Below, one piece after another: positions 41,136 through 50,900 of a stretch of DNA of 64,000 bases. Numbering within the stretch: position 1 is the first letter of the stretch; the number at the start of each line of letters is the position of its first letter. The notes under the pieces are model-generated. The model saw only the letters and a list, made by a program, of their open reading frames with translations, was not told where the DNA came from and did no database searches. Source of the stretch: Candidatus Multivoradales bacterium (GTDB lineage: Bacteria > Acidobacteriota > Thermoanaerobaculia > Multivoradales > J023); assembly GCA_965248925.1 (NCBI GenBank), contig CBDFLE010000006.1, positions 4,608,001-4,672,000 of the forward strand, given 5' to 3'. Position numbers and translations under genes: made by a program.

Positions 41136-41813
41136 TGCGGACCCAAAACTGTCCGCTTTTTTCGGTGCCGAGGCATGATCGAGCATGGCACTGACGAGCG
41201 AGCACACCGTCCTGTTCCCAGACCACGCCGGGGTCCCCGATGGGGTTGTGGTGATCAACGACCGCTGCCGCCTCCAGCAGAGGGGCGGCTATCGGGTGGT
41301 GGTGGTCAGCGGCATGCCGCTCGCTCACTTCGCTGCCGGCGACAGGACAGGCGAGGCCCACGCGATGGTGAGTCTCGTTGAATTGGGCTGGGCACAGCAA
41401 CGCGAGGTGGCCCTTGCGTTCGCTTGTGATGTGCGGACTGTGCGCCGGAATCAGCGCCGCTTCGAAGAAGGTGGGCTGGCTGCTCTGGGCCGGCCGCGCG
41501 GTTTTCCCCGGGGTCAGTCTCGGGTAGCGCAGGGCCGCCTGGACGCGGTCAACGGCTGGAAGGCCGAGGGTGTGTCGAATCGCGAGATTGGCCGGCGGCT
41601 GGGCATCGATGAGAAGGCCGTTCGCAAGCTCGCCAAGCGCCTGGGCTGGAAAGAGCGGTCGGTAGTGCAGATGACGATGCCCTTCGAGAGTGCGGACCCA
41701 AAACTGTCCGCCTCTGATGAGCAGCAGGTCGACGGCCCCCTGAAAACTGCGGATCTTGCGCTCGACGCTGAGGGTGGCGGTGACCCAGCGGCTGCGGACC
41801 CAAAACTGTCCGC
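41136..41813 (+). repeat. Three exact copies of the 21-bp gapped palindrome TGCGGACCCAAAACTGTCCGC
   Basis: At 41136-41156, 41691-41711 and 41793-41813; mirrored in copy 1 at 30036-30056, 29481-29501 and 29379-29399. Confidence 0.9.
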
Positions 41814-43578
41814 TTCTGCGTCCGAGCAAGATCAGGTTCCCCTCTCGCTGGACCTCGATCCAGCGGATCGCGCCAGCGATCGGCTGCTGGCGAGGCTGGG
41901 ATTCCTCGATGATGCGGCGCCGATCTTCGGAGCGGCGACCCAGCTACCGGGCGCCGGTGCTCTGCTGGCGATTCCCGCCCTGGTGGACAGCGGCGTGCTC
42001 TCCATCGCGCAGGAGCTGTACGGCAGCATCGGGCCGGCCTTCTATGGGCTGCGCACCACTCTGGTAACCCTGCTGCTGATGGCACTGTTGCGGGTCAAGC
42101 GACCCGAAGGGCTCAAGGAGCGCTCACCCCGGCATTTGGGTCAGCTTCTCGGGCTCGACCGAGCGCCGGAAGTGAAAACCTTGCGCAACAAGCTCGCTCG
42201 GCTGGCCGCGCATGGCCTGGCCGCGGATCTCGGTCGCGCCCTCGCTCAGCGCCGGGTCGCCACCAGGGGCCATGCCATGGGCTTCCTCTACGTGGACGGG
42301 CATGTGCGCGCCTACCACGGTGGCCGAGAGATTCCCAAGACACACGTAGCGCGGATGCGGATCGCGATGCCGGCCACCACCGACTACTGGGTCAACGATG
42401 CTGAGAGCGAGCCTCTCTTCGTGGTCCCCACCGAGGCCAACAAGGGGCTTGCGACGATGCTTCCCCTCATTCTCGAAGAGGTACGAAAGCTACTCGGAGA
42501 CCGGCGAGTCACCGTCGTCTTCGACCGTGGGGGTTGGAGCCCGAAGCTGTTTGCGAAGCTCATCGCCAAGAAGTTCGACATCCTCACATACCGAAAGGCC
42601 CCCTTTCGTCCGGTGCCGTTGAGCAAGTTCGGGCAGATCAAGGACACGATCCACGGGCGGAAGCTCGAGTACCTCCTCGCCGATCAGCGTATCTACCTCG
42701 AGTATGGCCCGAGGAAGAAGCGCAAGCGGCTGTACCTGCGCCAGGTCACCCGCCTCTGCGACAACGGCCACCAGACGTCCATCATCACCTCCCGCCGCGA
42801 CCTCTCCACACTCGAGGTCGCCTACCGCATGTTCGATCGTTGGAGGCAAGAGAACTTCTTCAAATACCTGCGCGAAGAATTCGCACTCGATGCCCTGGTG
42901 GACTATGGCACCGAGCCAGCGGACGCTGCCCGCGATGTGCCGAATCCCGAGCGCGGCAAGATCAATGCAGAGCTGCGCAAAGCTCACGCACATCTCGAGC
43001 AGCTCCGGGCCCACATCGGGATCGCTGCTCTTGAAAACCGCGAGGATCGGCGGCGCACGATGCGCGGATTCAAGATCGCCAACGCCGCCATCTCCGCCAG
43101 GGTCCGGGCAGCGATAGAGCAGATCACCGAACTCGAGAACCAGCGCGCGACCCTCCCCGTCCGCGTCCCCGTCCAAGAGGTCGTCGAAGCGGATGTCATC
43201 AAGCTGTCCGTCGAGCGCAAGCACCTCACCGATATTCTCAAGATGGTCGCCTACCAGGCCGAAGGTGATCTTCTCCGGCTCCTATCACCCCACTACCGCC
43301 GCACCGAGCAGGAGGGACGCACCCTGATCCAAAGCGCTTTCGCGGCCGGCGGCGATATGGAGGTTACCGACACCGTGCTGCTCCTTTCCATCGACCCGCT
43401 CAGCTCTCCCCACAAGACGGCGGCGATCGCCGCCGTCTGCGAAGAACTCAACGCTACCGCCACCCACTTCCCCGGCACCGAGCTACGGATGCGGTTCGCG
43501 ATCAAGAAGGCGCCACCCCGGAGCCTGGCCTTCCCAGGGCCTCGGAACACCTCCGGAGAGGCTCAACCGGACATTTGA
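41185..43578 (+). CDS. Large DDE transposase (797 aa), identical protein to 27614-30007
   Basis: Identical translation in the ORF track. Confidence 0.88.
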   Translation: MALTSEHTVLFPDHAGVPDGVVVINDRCRLQQRGGYRVVVVSGMPLAHFAAGDRTGEAHAMVSLVELGWAQQREVALAFACDVRTVRRNQRRFEEGGLAALGRPRGFPRGQSRVAQGRLDAVNGWKAEGVSNREIGRRLGIDEKAVRKLAKRLGWKERSVVQMTMPFESADPKLSASDEQQVDGPLKTADLALDAEGGGDPAAADPKLSASASEQDQVPLSLDLDPADRASDRLLARLGFLDDAAPIFGAATQLPGAGALLAIPALVDSGVLSIAQELYGSIGPAFYGLRTTLVTLLLMALLRVKRPEGLKERSPRHLGQLLGLDRAPEVKTLRNKLARLAAHGLAADLGRALAQRRVATRGHAMGFLYVDGHVRAYHGGREIPKTHVARMRIAMPATTDYWVNDAESEPLFVVPTEANKGLATMLPLILEEVRKLLGDRRVTVVFDRGGWSPKLFAKLIAKKFDILTYRKAPFRPVPLSKFGQIKDTIHGRKLEYLLADQRIYLEYGPRKKRKRLYLRQVTRLCDNGHQTSIITSRRDLSTLEVAYRMFDRWRQENFFKYLREEFALDALVDYGTEPADAARDVPNPERGKINAELRKAHAHLEQLRAHIGIAALENREDRRRTMRGFKIANAAISARVRAAIEQITELENQRATLPVRVPVQEVVEADVIKLSVERKHLTDILKMVAYQAEGDLLRLLSPHYRRTEQEGRTLIQSAFAAGGDMEVTDTVLLLSIDPLSSPHKTAAIAAVCEELNATATHFPGTELRMRFAIKKAPPRSLAFPGPRNTSGEAQPDI

Positions 43579-43805
43579 GAAAAAGGGTATGTCAGGAGTT
43601 CTGGATTCAGTGCCCCATACATCGTCGCTGCGCGAGCCAGTGCAAGCCGCTCTCCTCTCTTTCGCATTCACCCGACAGAGTCTTTCAATTTTCCCGAGAC
43701 GATTAAGAGTAAAGAACGCATTGCCCTCAGCAGTAACGAAGAAATTATAGATAATTGTCCCCGGCGAAATTCGAACTGGCCATCTCCTGATAGACATGGT
43801 CCTAG

Positions 43806-45302
43806 CAGCCCGTGGTGAAAGTCCCGATTACGGCCGTCTTGGCGATCTTCCCTGGTAGAATCTTTCCACCCGAGGGAGGTAGCGACCATGGCGATGGGCA
43901 GGCGAAGCAAACGAAGACAGCGGCAGCTCTGGGTGGAAACCCAGGCGCTGGCCAAGTCCCCAGGACATCCTTTCTACGAGCGTCTGTCCAAGATTCTCGA
44001 CAAGCACGGTTTCGATCGCTTTATCGAGGAGCAGTGCGCGAGGTTTTACGCTACGAGGATGGGACGGCCTTCGCTGGCGCCCGCGGTGTATTTTCGGTTG
44101 CTGTTGATCGGCTTCTTCGAGGGTATCGACTCTGAGCGAGGTATCGCATGGCGGCTTGCGGATTCGATGACTCTGCGCGACTTTCTGGGCTTCGAACTCT
44201 CGGACCAGACCCCGGACCATTCGACGCTCTCTCGGACCCGTCGCCTGATCGATCTCGAGACCCATGAGGCGGTGTTTGCTTGGGCTTTGCAAGTACTGGC
44301 GAAGGCTGGCTTGCTCCGGGGAAAGACGCTGGGCATCGATGCGACGACCCTCGAGGCGAACGCGGCGATGCGCAGCATCGTGCGTCGAGACTCGGGCGAG
44401 AGCTACGAAGAGTTTCTCACGCGCCTGGCCGAGGCTTCGGGTGTGGAGACCCCGACGCGAGCGGATCTGGCGCGTTTTGACCGCCAAAGGAAGAACAAAA
44501 AGACGTCGAACGGCGACTGGAAGAACCCCCACGATCCCGACGCCAAAGTCACGCGAATGAAGGATGGGCGGACGCATCTGGCGCACAAAGCCGAGCATGC
44601 GGTGGATATGGAGACGGGTGCGGTTGTGGCGGTGACAGTGCAACCTGCAGACCGAGGGGACACGTCGAGCCTATTGCGGACGTTGGATGAAGTCGCTGCG
44701 GTGCTGGAAGATGTCGTTGAGGATTCGGAGGCTGGCGATCACTTGAGCGAGAAAGTCCGTTCAGAGCTGGTGGCTGACAAGGGCTATCACAGTAACGCGG
44801 TCATGAAGGCACAGCGTCAAGGGAAGATTCGAACCTATATTTCGGAACCGGATCGAGGCCGACGCAACTGGTGCGGCAAAGAGGCGGAGAAGCAAGCGGT
44901 GTATGCCAACCGTCGACGGATCAAGGGTCGTCGAGGCCGCGAGCTGTCGCGGCGTCGAGGAGAGAAAGTAGAACGCACCTTTGCCCATTGCTACGAGACT
45001 GGCGGTATGAGAAGGACCCACCTTCGAGGTCACGACAACATCCGCAAAAGGTTGCTGATTCACATCGCGGGATTCAATCTTGGGCTGCTGCTTCGTCAAA
45101 TGTATGGAGCCGGCACTCCACGGGCCCTTCAGGGCTTTCTTTCGGCTCTCGAACAGGGCTTTCGCGCCGTATATAGCTTGCTGAGCTGGCTTCTGCCGCA
45201 CGAGAGCGGATATTGGCCACTAAGATCTTCGATCAGACCACCTGCGCCGGCTGGCCTCAATTTAGGCCACATTTTGTAGAAACGGACTTCTGCCACGGGC
45301 TG
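43806..45302 (+). mobile_element. IS5/IS1182-type element
   Basis: IRs CAGCCCGTGGTGAAAGTCC / CAGCCCGTGGCAGAAGTCC; 4-bp TSD CTAG at 43802-43805 and 45303-45306. Confidence 0.88.
43888..45279 (+). CDS. IS5/IS1182-type DDE transposase (DUF772 N-terminus)
   Basis: GRPS, SERGI, TPDHSTLSR, IDATTLEANA, ADKGY and VERTFA motifs. Confidence 0.9.
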   Translation: MAMGRRSKRRQRQLWVETQALAKSPGHPFYERLSKILDKHGFDRFIEEQCARFYATRMGRPSLAPAVYFRLLLIGFFEGIDSERGIAWRLADSMTLRDFLGFELSDQTPDHSTLSRTRRLIDLETHEAVFAWALQVLAKAGLLRGKTLGIDATTLEANAAMRSIVRRDSGESYEEFLTRLAEASGVETPTRADLARFDRQRKNKKTSNGDWKNPHDPDAKVTRMKDGRTHLAHKAEHAVDMETGAVVAVTVQPADRGDTSSLLRTLDEVAAVLEDVVEDSEAGDHLSEKVRSELVADKGYHSNAVMKAQRQGKIRTYISEPDRGRRNWCGKEAEKQAVYANRRRIKGRRGRELSRRRGEKVERTFAHCYETGGMRRTHLRGHDNIRKRLLIHIAGFNLGLLLRQMYGAGTPRALQGFLSALEQGFRAVYSLLSWLLPHESGYWPLRSSIRPPAPAGLNLGHIL

Positions 45303-45623
45303 CTAGGGTCGAGCCGGGTGACCGTCTCCTTTTTGCCCACGAACCAGAGGCCAACGTCCGTCCACCTAGGCAGTCTCCCCCTGCCATCGAACACCGTCTT
45401 GCCAGTGAGACAATTTCGCACTACAAGGGCTGGATAGTCTCTAGACCCGACCACCAGTCCGGATGCGTTCTCGTCTGGCTCAAATGCGCCCCAAACGAGG
45501 TCAACCGATAGCGAGAGATTCTTGATATCGTCCAGGTCCGACGAGCATACCTGGGGGCGGGCAGGCTGTGAGAGCAGCAACAAGTACAACAATAGTGCCA
45601 CTAAAGTCTTCATGGCTCGCATC

Positions 45624-47297
45624 CTAAGGTTTGTGAGCTTTTATGTTTTTAATAAGATGATGTTGCGGCACTATTCTTACGTTCACCGGCTTCAGGCCAC
45701 CGTAACCTCTCAAGGAAATATAGTTCGCAAGGTTTTGCGCTCTCGCGTATCCGGTGATATCCCCTGCCATCCCCTTCTGTCCGCCCTGGCGCTGCATTTT
45801 GGTGGAAACGTCTATCGCCGCCTGAAAGCCTCTGGCTTCGTCATAAAGATCTAGTGCAAACGGTATCCATGCCCCTTTGTGGTGTATGAAACCAAACTCG
45901 CCCCCAAGATAGTCGACGGCGTGCTGTGTTTCATGGGCAAGGTTCTGATCTATAGTGAAACTACTCGGAGAGCTAAGAAGGGTAATCACGAAAGTGTCTC
46001 CCTTTCCAGAATAGCTGAATAAGCCCTCGGCCGTGGAACTCCTTGATTTGACTTTTCCAAATTTAACAACAAACTCTTCTGTGGCAGCCTCTAATTTGCC
46101 AAGAGAAACCCCGAACGACTTATTAAACTTCGCCAGCCTTCTAGCCTTGTTCTCAAGCTTCTTGTTTGCGAACTTCACGACCGCGCCAGTTGGGTCAATG
46201 TAGCTCAATGGGTTGTTGAGGGCATATGCGAACCGGTTCCAGAGTTGCGGTTTGGCTGCAGCAATCTCAAGTGGCAGAACTGGATCAACACTCAAGAACT
46301 TCCCCAGCTGCGGACTGCAATGCCGAGCATGCATGTAGTCCAAATCATAGGTCCCGCCAGCAAAGTCCCGCTCATGGCCGGTAAACCTGAGCTGTTCTGA
46401 ATCAAAGGCGGTACCCACCTCCTCGCCATAGGGGTAGTAATTGTGGCTGAAGATCGGCGTGCCGTTGCGATCGGTGGTCAGCCGAGCACTGCCCAGGTGG
46501 TCGAGACTGAAGTGCTGCCGCGACCGAGGGCTAGCCAAGTGGGTGTCGGCGGCCAGCTGCTGGCCGCCTCTATAGACGTAATCCTTGAGGAAGGTCCAAG
46601 GATTGGTGCCTTTGGGATTCTGGAAGATCGACAGCACCTTGGCGTCGAGATCACGGACGGTCCAGGTCTCGACCAGGCTCTCGAAGGAGCCCTGCCAGTG
46701 GAAAGTCCACAGGCGCTCTTCGTCGGCGGTGTAGATGTAGGTGTCTTCGGGGTAGTTGCGGGTGCTCATCATGCCCAAAGCATCGTAGGAGTAAAGCTGC
46801 GAGCCCCAGGAGAGGATGTTGCCGCGACCGTCATATACTACCGCGCCGCTGAGCCGGTTGGTGGCGCGGTTGGTGGCCAGGGTGCGGCCGTTGACGCCGG
46901 TGATGCCGGTTAGATTGCCGAACGGATCGTATTGATAGCCTTGGTCGCCGGAGGAATCTTCGAAGACCTTGATTCGGTTCAAGCCGTCGTAGGTGTAATG
47001 ATCGTCGAAGACGCCGGCAAAGCGGCGGCGGACCAGGTTTCCGGATCCATCGTAACTATGATCACCCAAGCTGGTGGCTACCGTGCCGGTAACACTGATC
47101 CTGCTCGGCCGGGGTCGGCCTAGATCTTCGTCCCAAACATCGGTGAGGCCATTGCTATGCACGACGTTGGCGATCATACCGCTTGGATGGTAGGTCAGCG
47201 AACTAGCGTAGCCCGACACCGCCACCAGGTAACCCTGGGCGTGGGTGAAGCTGCGGTTGGGCGAGGGCGCTGGTCCGTTAGGTAGGTCGCAAAACAT
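45624..47297 (-). CDS. Orphan RHS core + HExxH toxin tip (cassette A)
   Basis: YD repeats, DHLGS, YYPYGE, RFTGHERD, LDYMHAR and PLSYIDPTG; tip contains AHETQH...DEARGF; homology to cassette C starts abruptly at APSPNRSF near 47272. Confidence 0.85.
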   Translation of the reverse strand: MFCDLPNGPAPSPNRSFTHAQGYLVAVSGYASSLTYHPSGMIANVVHSNGLTDVWDEDLGRPRPSRISVTGTVATSLGDHSYDGSGNLVRRRFAGVFDDHYTYDGLNRIKVFEDSSGDQGYQYDPFGNLTGITGVNGRTLATNRATNRLSGAVVYDGRGNILSWGSQLYSYDALGMMSTRNYPEDTYIYTADEERLWTFHWQGSFESLVETWTVRDLDAKVLSIFQNPKGTNPWTFLKDYVYRGGQQLAADTHLASPRSRQHFSLDHLGSARLTTDRNGTPIFSHNYYPYGEEVGTAFDSEQLRFTGHERDFAGGTYDLDYMHARHCSPQLGKFLSVDPVLPLEIAAAKPQLWNRFAYALNNPLSYIDPTGAVVKFANKKLENKARRLAKFNKSFGVSLGKLEAATEEFVVKFGKVKSRSSTAEGLFSYSGKGDTFVITLLSSPSSFTIDQNLAHETQHAVDYLGGEFGFIHHKGAWIPFALDLYDEARGFQAAIDVSTKMQRQGGQKGMAGDITGYARAQNLANYISLRGYGGLKPVNVRIVPQHHLIKNIKAHKP

Positions 47298-47491
47298 TGC
47301 GCATTCTTGACAACAGCCTACCGAAGAACTCGCCGACCGCTGCAGCGCCGTTGAAGTCGCTCATCAGTGACAAATTTACGCTAAACATCGTATCAGACTC
47401 AATCCTGAAACTCTTGAGTTGATGACAGATGTCAACTTGCCGCCGCCCTGCTTGCTCTGATTCGGCATGAGCCGAGCGGCGGCGCGAAGCC

Positions 47492-47935
47492 CTAATAAGC
47501 TCGGTCGTCCAGAAACTGCTGTAAGCCACAGATCTTAGCGAAGTGCATGTCGAGTTCCTCGACCAGCGACTGCTCTTCCGGGGAAAGCCGTTCAGGATAC
47601 AAAGTGCTTTCGCCGCCGTCAAAAGAGAAACCCAATTGCTCAACATCAGCCACTGAAGGGTCAGTGTTGTCCCATAGAGCAGCACCACGGGCTCGTTCTA
47701 GAACCATCAAAACGCGCTCAATTTCAACTTTACCCTGCGTCTTTATCCCGCCTCTTTGGCAAGAACAATGCCCATCGCTGCCAATCTTCAAGACTGTGAT
47801 TATTGGCGCGGGACCTGATGTCCAGTGAACCACCACGAGCGCTGGTCCGGAGAACAGGGACGCCAAGGAGCACCCAAGAACGAAGAGAACGGCCGCTGGT
47901 GCCGTCCAAAACAACAGTTTTCTAGCGCGTAACAT
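47492..47935 (-). CDS. Putative immunity protein C, possible lipoprotein
   Basis: Overlaps the RHS C stop; hydrophobic N-terminus with VLGC lipobox-like motif; lower GC. Confidence 0.6.
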   Translation of the reverse strand: MLRARKLLFWTAPAAVLFVLGCSLASLFSGPALVVVHWTSGPAPIITVLKIGSDGHCSCQRGGIKTQGKVEIERVLMVLERARGAALWDNTDPSVADVEQLGFSFDGGESTLYPERLSPEEQSLVEELDMHFAKICGLQQFLDDRAY

Positions 47936-50900
47936 AAATAGGCCCTTTGCTAAACGGCAAGTAAGGCTTTCCTGTCTGATCAGTCGCACCACCATATTGA
48001 CCTCTCATTTCCAGACCGAGTTGTTTGCGAATTTTGTTCATTTTGACTACCGTAGGACCCTTCGCTGAGGGGTACCTGGAGGTCAATGAACGCGGCGGGT
48101 CTTTCAGGCCTAAGAAGGAGTGTGCTAGTTCGTGCAGAAAGATCATTCCTGCGTCAAAAGTAGCAGGTGAATTATTGCCATAGTTGATTTTTGCGATATC
48201 GCCATAGTCCAAAAATATCAGGTTGCCTACGCTTTTCCCCATATTGGTAGCCGTCGACCCGTTTCTCGGCAGCGCTGAAAACACAGTGCTGCTATTGATC
48301 GCATCAGAGACAAAATCGGCCGCCAACGCACTGCCTTGGGAAGACCCGTCTGCGCCGGTGAGAGCCCCCCCTGAGACAAGTGACCCCTCGTCCGTCAGGC
48401 TAAGATCGAGCCCTGTTTTCTCCCTGAGCTGTTCCACAAGCTCTGTTTTCTGTTCGTCAGTGAGACTCGCAAGAGAGATCTTGCGACCGTCTCGGTCAAC
48501 GAATCGGAGTGGATTGTTCAACCCGTAGGTGAATGCATTCCAGGTTTGTGGTAGTCCTCTGTCGACATTCGCGGCCTCGGGGTCGACACTCATGAACCTG
48601 CCCAAATGCGGACTGTTATGCCGAGCATGCATGTAGTCGAGGTCAAAAGTCCCGCCAGCAAAATCTCGCTCGTGCCCAGTAAACCTGAGCTGCTCGGAGT
48701 CGAAGGCGGCGCCCACCTCCTCGCCATACGGGTAGTAAGTGTGGCTGGCGATCGGCGCACCGTTGCGGTCGGTAGTCAGCCGCGAACTGCCCAGGTGGTC
48801 AAGGCTAAAGTGCTGTCGCGACCGGCGGCTCGTCAAGGCGGTGTCGGTGGCCAGCAGCTGGCCGCCGCGATAGACGTAATCGTTGAGGAAGGTCCAGGGA
48901 TTGGTGCCTTTGGGGTTCTCGAAGATCGACAGCACTTTGCCGTCAAGATCGCGGACGGTCCAGGTCTCGACCAGGCTTTCGAAGGAGCCCTGCCAGCGGA
49001 AGGTCCACAAGCGCTCTTCGTCTGCGGTGTAGATGTAGGTGTGCTCGGGATAGTTGCGGGTGCTCATCATGCCTAAAGCATCGTAGGAATAAAGCTGCGA
49101 CCCCCAGGCGAGGATGTTACCGCGACCGTCGTAGACCACCGCGCCGCTGAGCCGGTTCGTGGCTCGATTGACGGCCAAGGTGCGGCCGTTGACTCCGGTG
49201 ATGCCGGTCAGATTGCCGAACGGATCGTATTGATAGCCTTGGTCGCCGGAGGAATCTTCGAAGACCTTGATTCGGTTCAAGCCGTCGTAGGTGTAATGAT
49301 CGTCGAAGATGCCGGCAAAGCGGCGGCGGACCAGGTTTCCGGATCCGTCATAACTATGGTCACCCAAGCTGGCGGCTACCGTGCCGGTGACACTGATCCT
49401 GCTCGGCCGTGGCCGGCCTCGGTCTTCGTCCCAAACATCGGTGAGGCCGTTGGTGTGCACGACGTTGGCTATCATACCGCTTGGATGGTAGGTCAGTGAA
49501 CTGGCGTAGCCCGGCACCGCTACCAGGTAACCCTGGGCACGAATGAAACTGCGGTTGGGCGAGGGCGCTGTCACGTTGGGGCAATTTGGGATGCCGGAGC
49601 AGCGCGGGTAGCCCAGCTGGGTTACCTGGCCGAGGCCGTCGAAAATCCACGACTGGTTGAAGTCGGTCACTAGCGTACCGTTGACCTCGGCGCGGGTGCG
49701 CCTGCTTGAGACCCGGCCGTCGCGGCCCTTGTAGGTGTAGATCTCGGTGACTTTCGCGTCGAGCACCTTGCCGGGGAGGAGGGGGCTAAAGACGTAGTTA
49801 TGGCGCACCGCCTTCTCTAGCTTGCCTCGGCGTCGGTTGCTGCCCACGTTGGTGGTGGCGTAGGTCAGCTCTTTGAGCACCCTATTGCCGGCCGAGCCTT
49901 CGCGCATCAGGGTCAGTCGCTCGGCCCGATCAAAGGTGTAGGACAGGTCGACGCCGGCCTGCACCCGCCGGCGGGCCTTGCCGCGAGAATCGTGGTTGCT
50001 GTAAGTGATCTGCTGCGCCTCGGGGTGATTCTCGGAGAGGAGAAAGCCTCGGCCGTCGTACTCGAAGGTACGAATCTGGGTGGTACTTCCACCCTTCAGA
50101 TTAGCCTGCTTCAGCCGATCGCCGGAGTCGTAGAAGTAGGTCGCCAGCAGGCCGCCCGCGGGCTCGGACACCCGCACCAGCCGGCCGTAGCCGTCATAGA
50201 TCTCTTCGGTGGCAAACTGGGTTTGGTTCACGCTGCCGTTGCCAGCCACCGAGGTCCCCAGCCGCACCCAGCGCTTCAACCGCCGATCGCCAACGTAGGT
50301 CACTCTCACATCGTGGGTAGCGCCGTCTGGCGGCACGATCTTGGTCACCCGGCCAAAGGCGTCGTGGTCGAAATAAGTGCGGTGGACTGTGCCCGCGGGG
50401 CCGGTACCACTCGGACTCGCTCTGAGTCCAACCTTCGCCGCTGTAGGCGGTCACCCGTTTGGCCCACAGCCCGCTAGGTTGGCGCTGACGCTCTAAGATC
50501 AACCGTCCGATACCGTCGAAGCTTAGCTCGCGCTTGGCCAACGAGGCGGTGGTGTCGCGGTCGATCTGACGGATCTCGACCTTGGGGCCAGCCGAGTTGA
50601 AAGTGTTGGTGTAGGCGTAGAGCGTCCATGCGCCATGGCCGGCGGAGGGCTTGAATTCGGTTCGGCGGCCAAGAAGGTCATACTTGAGACCGGTGACTAT
50701 TCCAGAGCGGTCGGTGCTCGCACTGATCAGGCCGGTGTTCCGGTCCACCGTCTGGAGCACTTCGAAGAAGGGGAAGCGGCTGCCGTCGAGTTTCAAGTAT
50801 TGGCTTGAGCGGCCCGAGCCGTACTGCCATTTGTGCTCCAGGGCGACGTGGGTGGTGTTGTGCGCCGGATCCAGCGCGCAGACGTTGCCGGGCGCCGCCA

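Larger units (their letters stand above)
41074..43604 (+). mobile_element. 2531-bp insertion sequence, copy 2 (inverted relative to copy 1)
   Basis: Same IRs as copy 1; 3-bp TSD ATT at 41071-41073 and 43605-43607. Confidence 0.92.
40556..45613 (-). pseudogene. Putative immunity protein A (~340 aa, exported), split by two IS insertions
   Basis: Removing both IS plus one TSD each restores a 1023-nt ORF: MKTLVALL...TRLDP-RTMSIRR...VWGTE-SAGHLSVPLEN...RTPAAP. Confidence 0.85.

Noticed and set aside
41136-41813. CRISPR-like array from the 21-bp palindromic repeats
   Set aside because: Only three units, irregular spacing (555 and 102 bp), inside an IS, and no cas genes
27588-43604. Composite transposon, or an already-inverted segment, formed by the two 2531-bp IS copies
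   Set aside because: Each copy is flanked by its own matching TSD (ACT and ATT), and copy 2 interrupts a gene that rejoins cleanly, so they inserted independently
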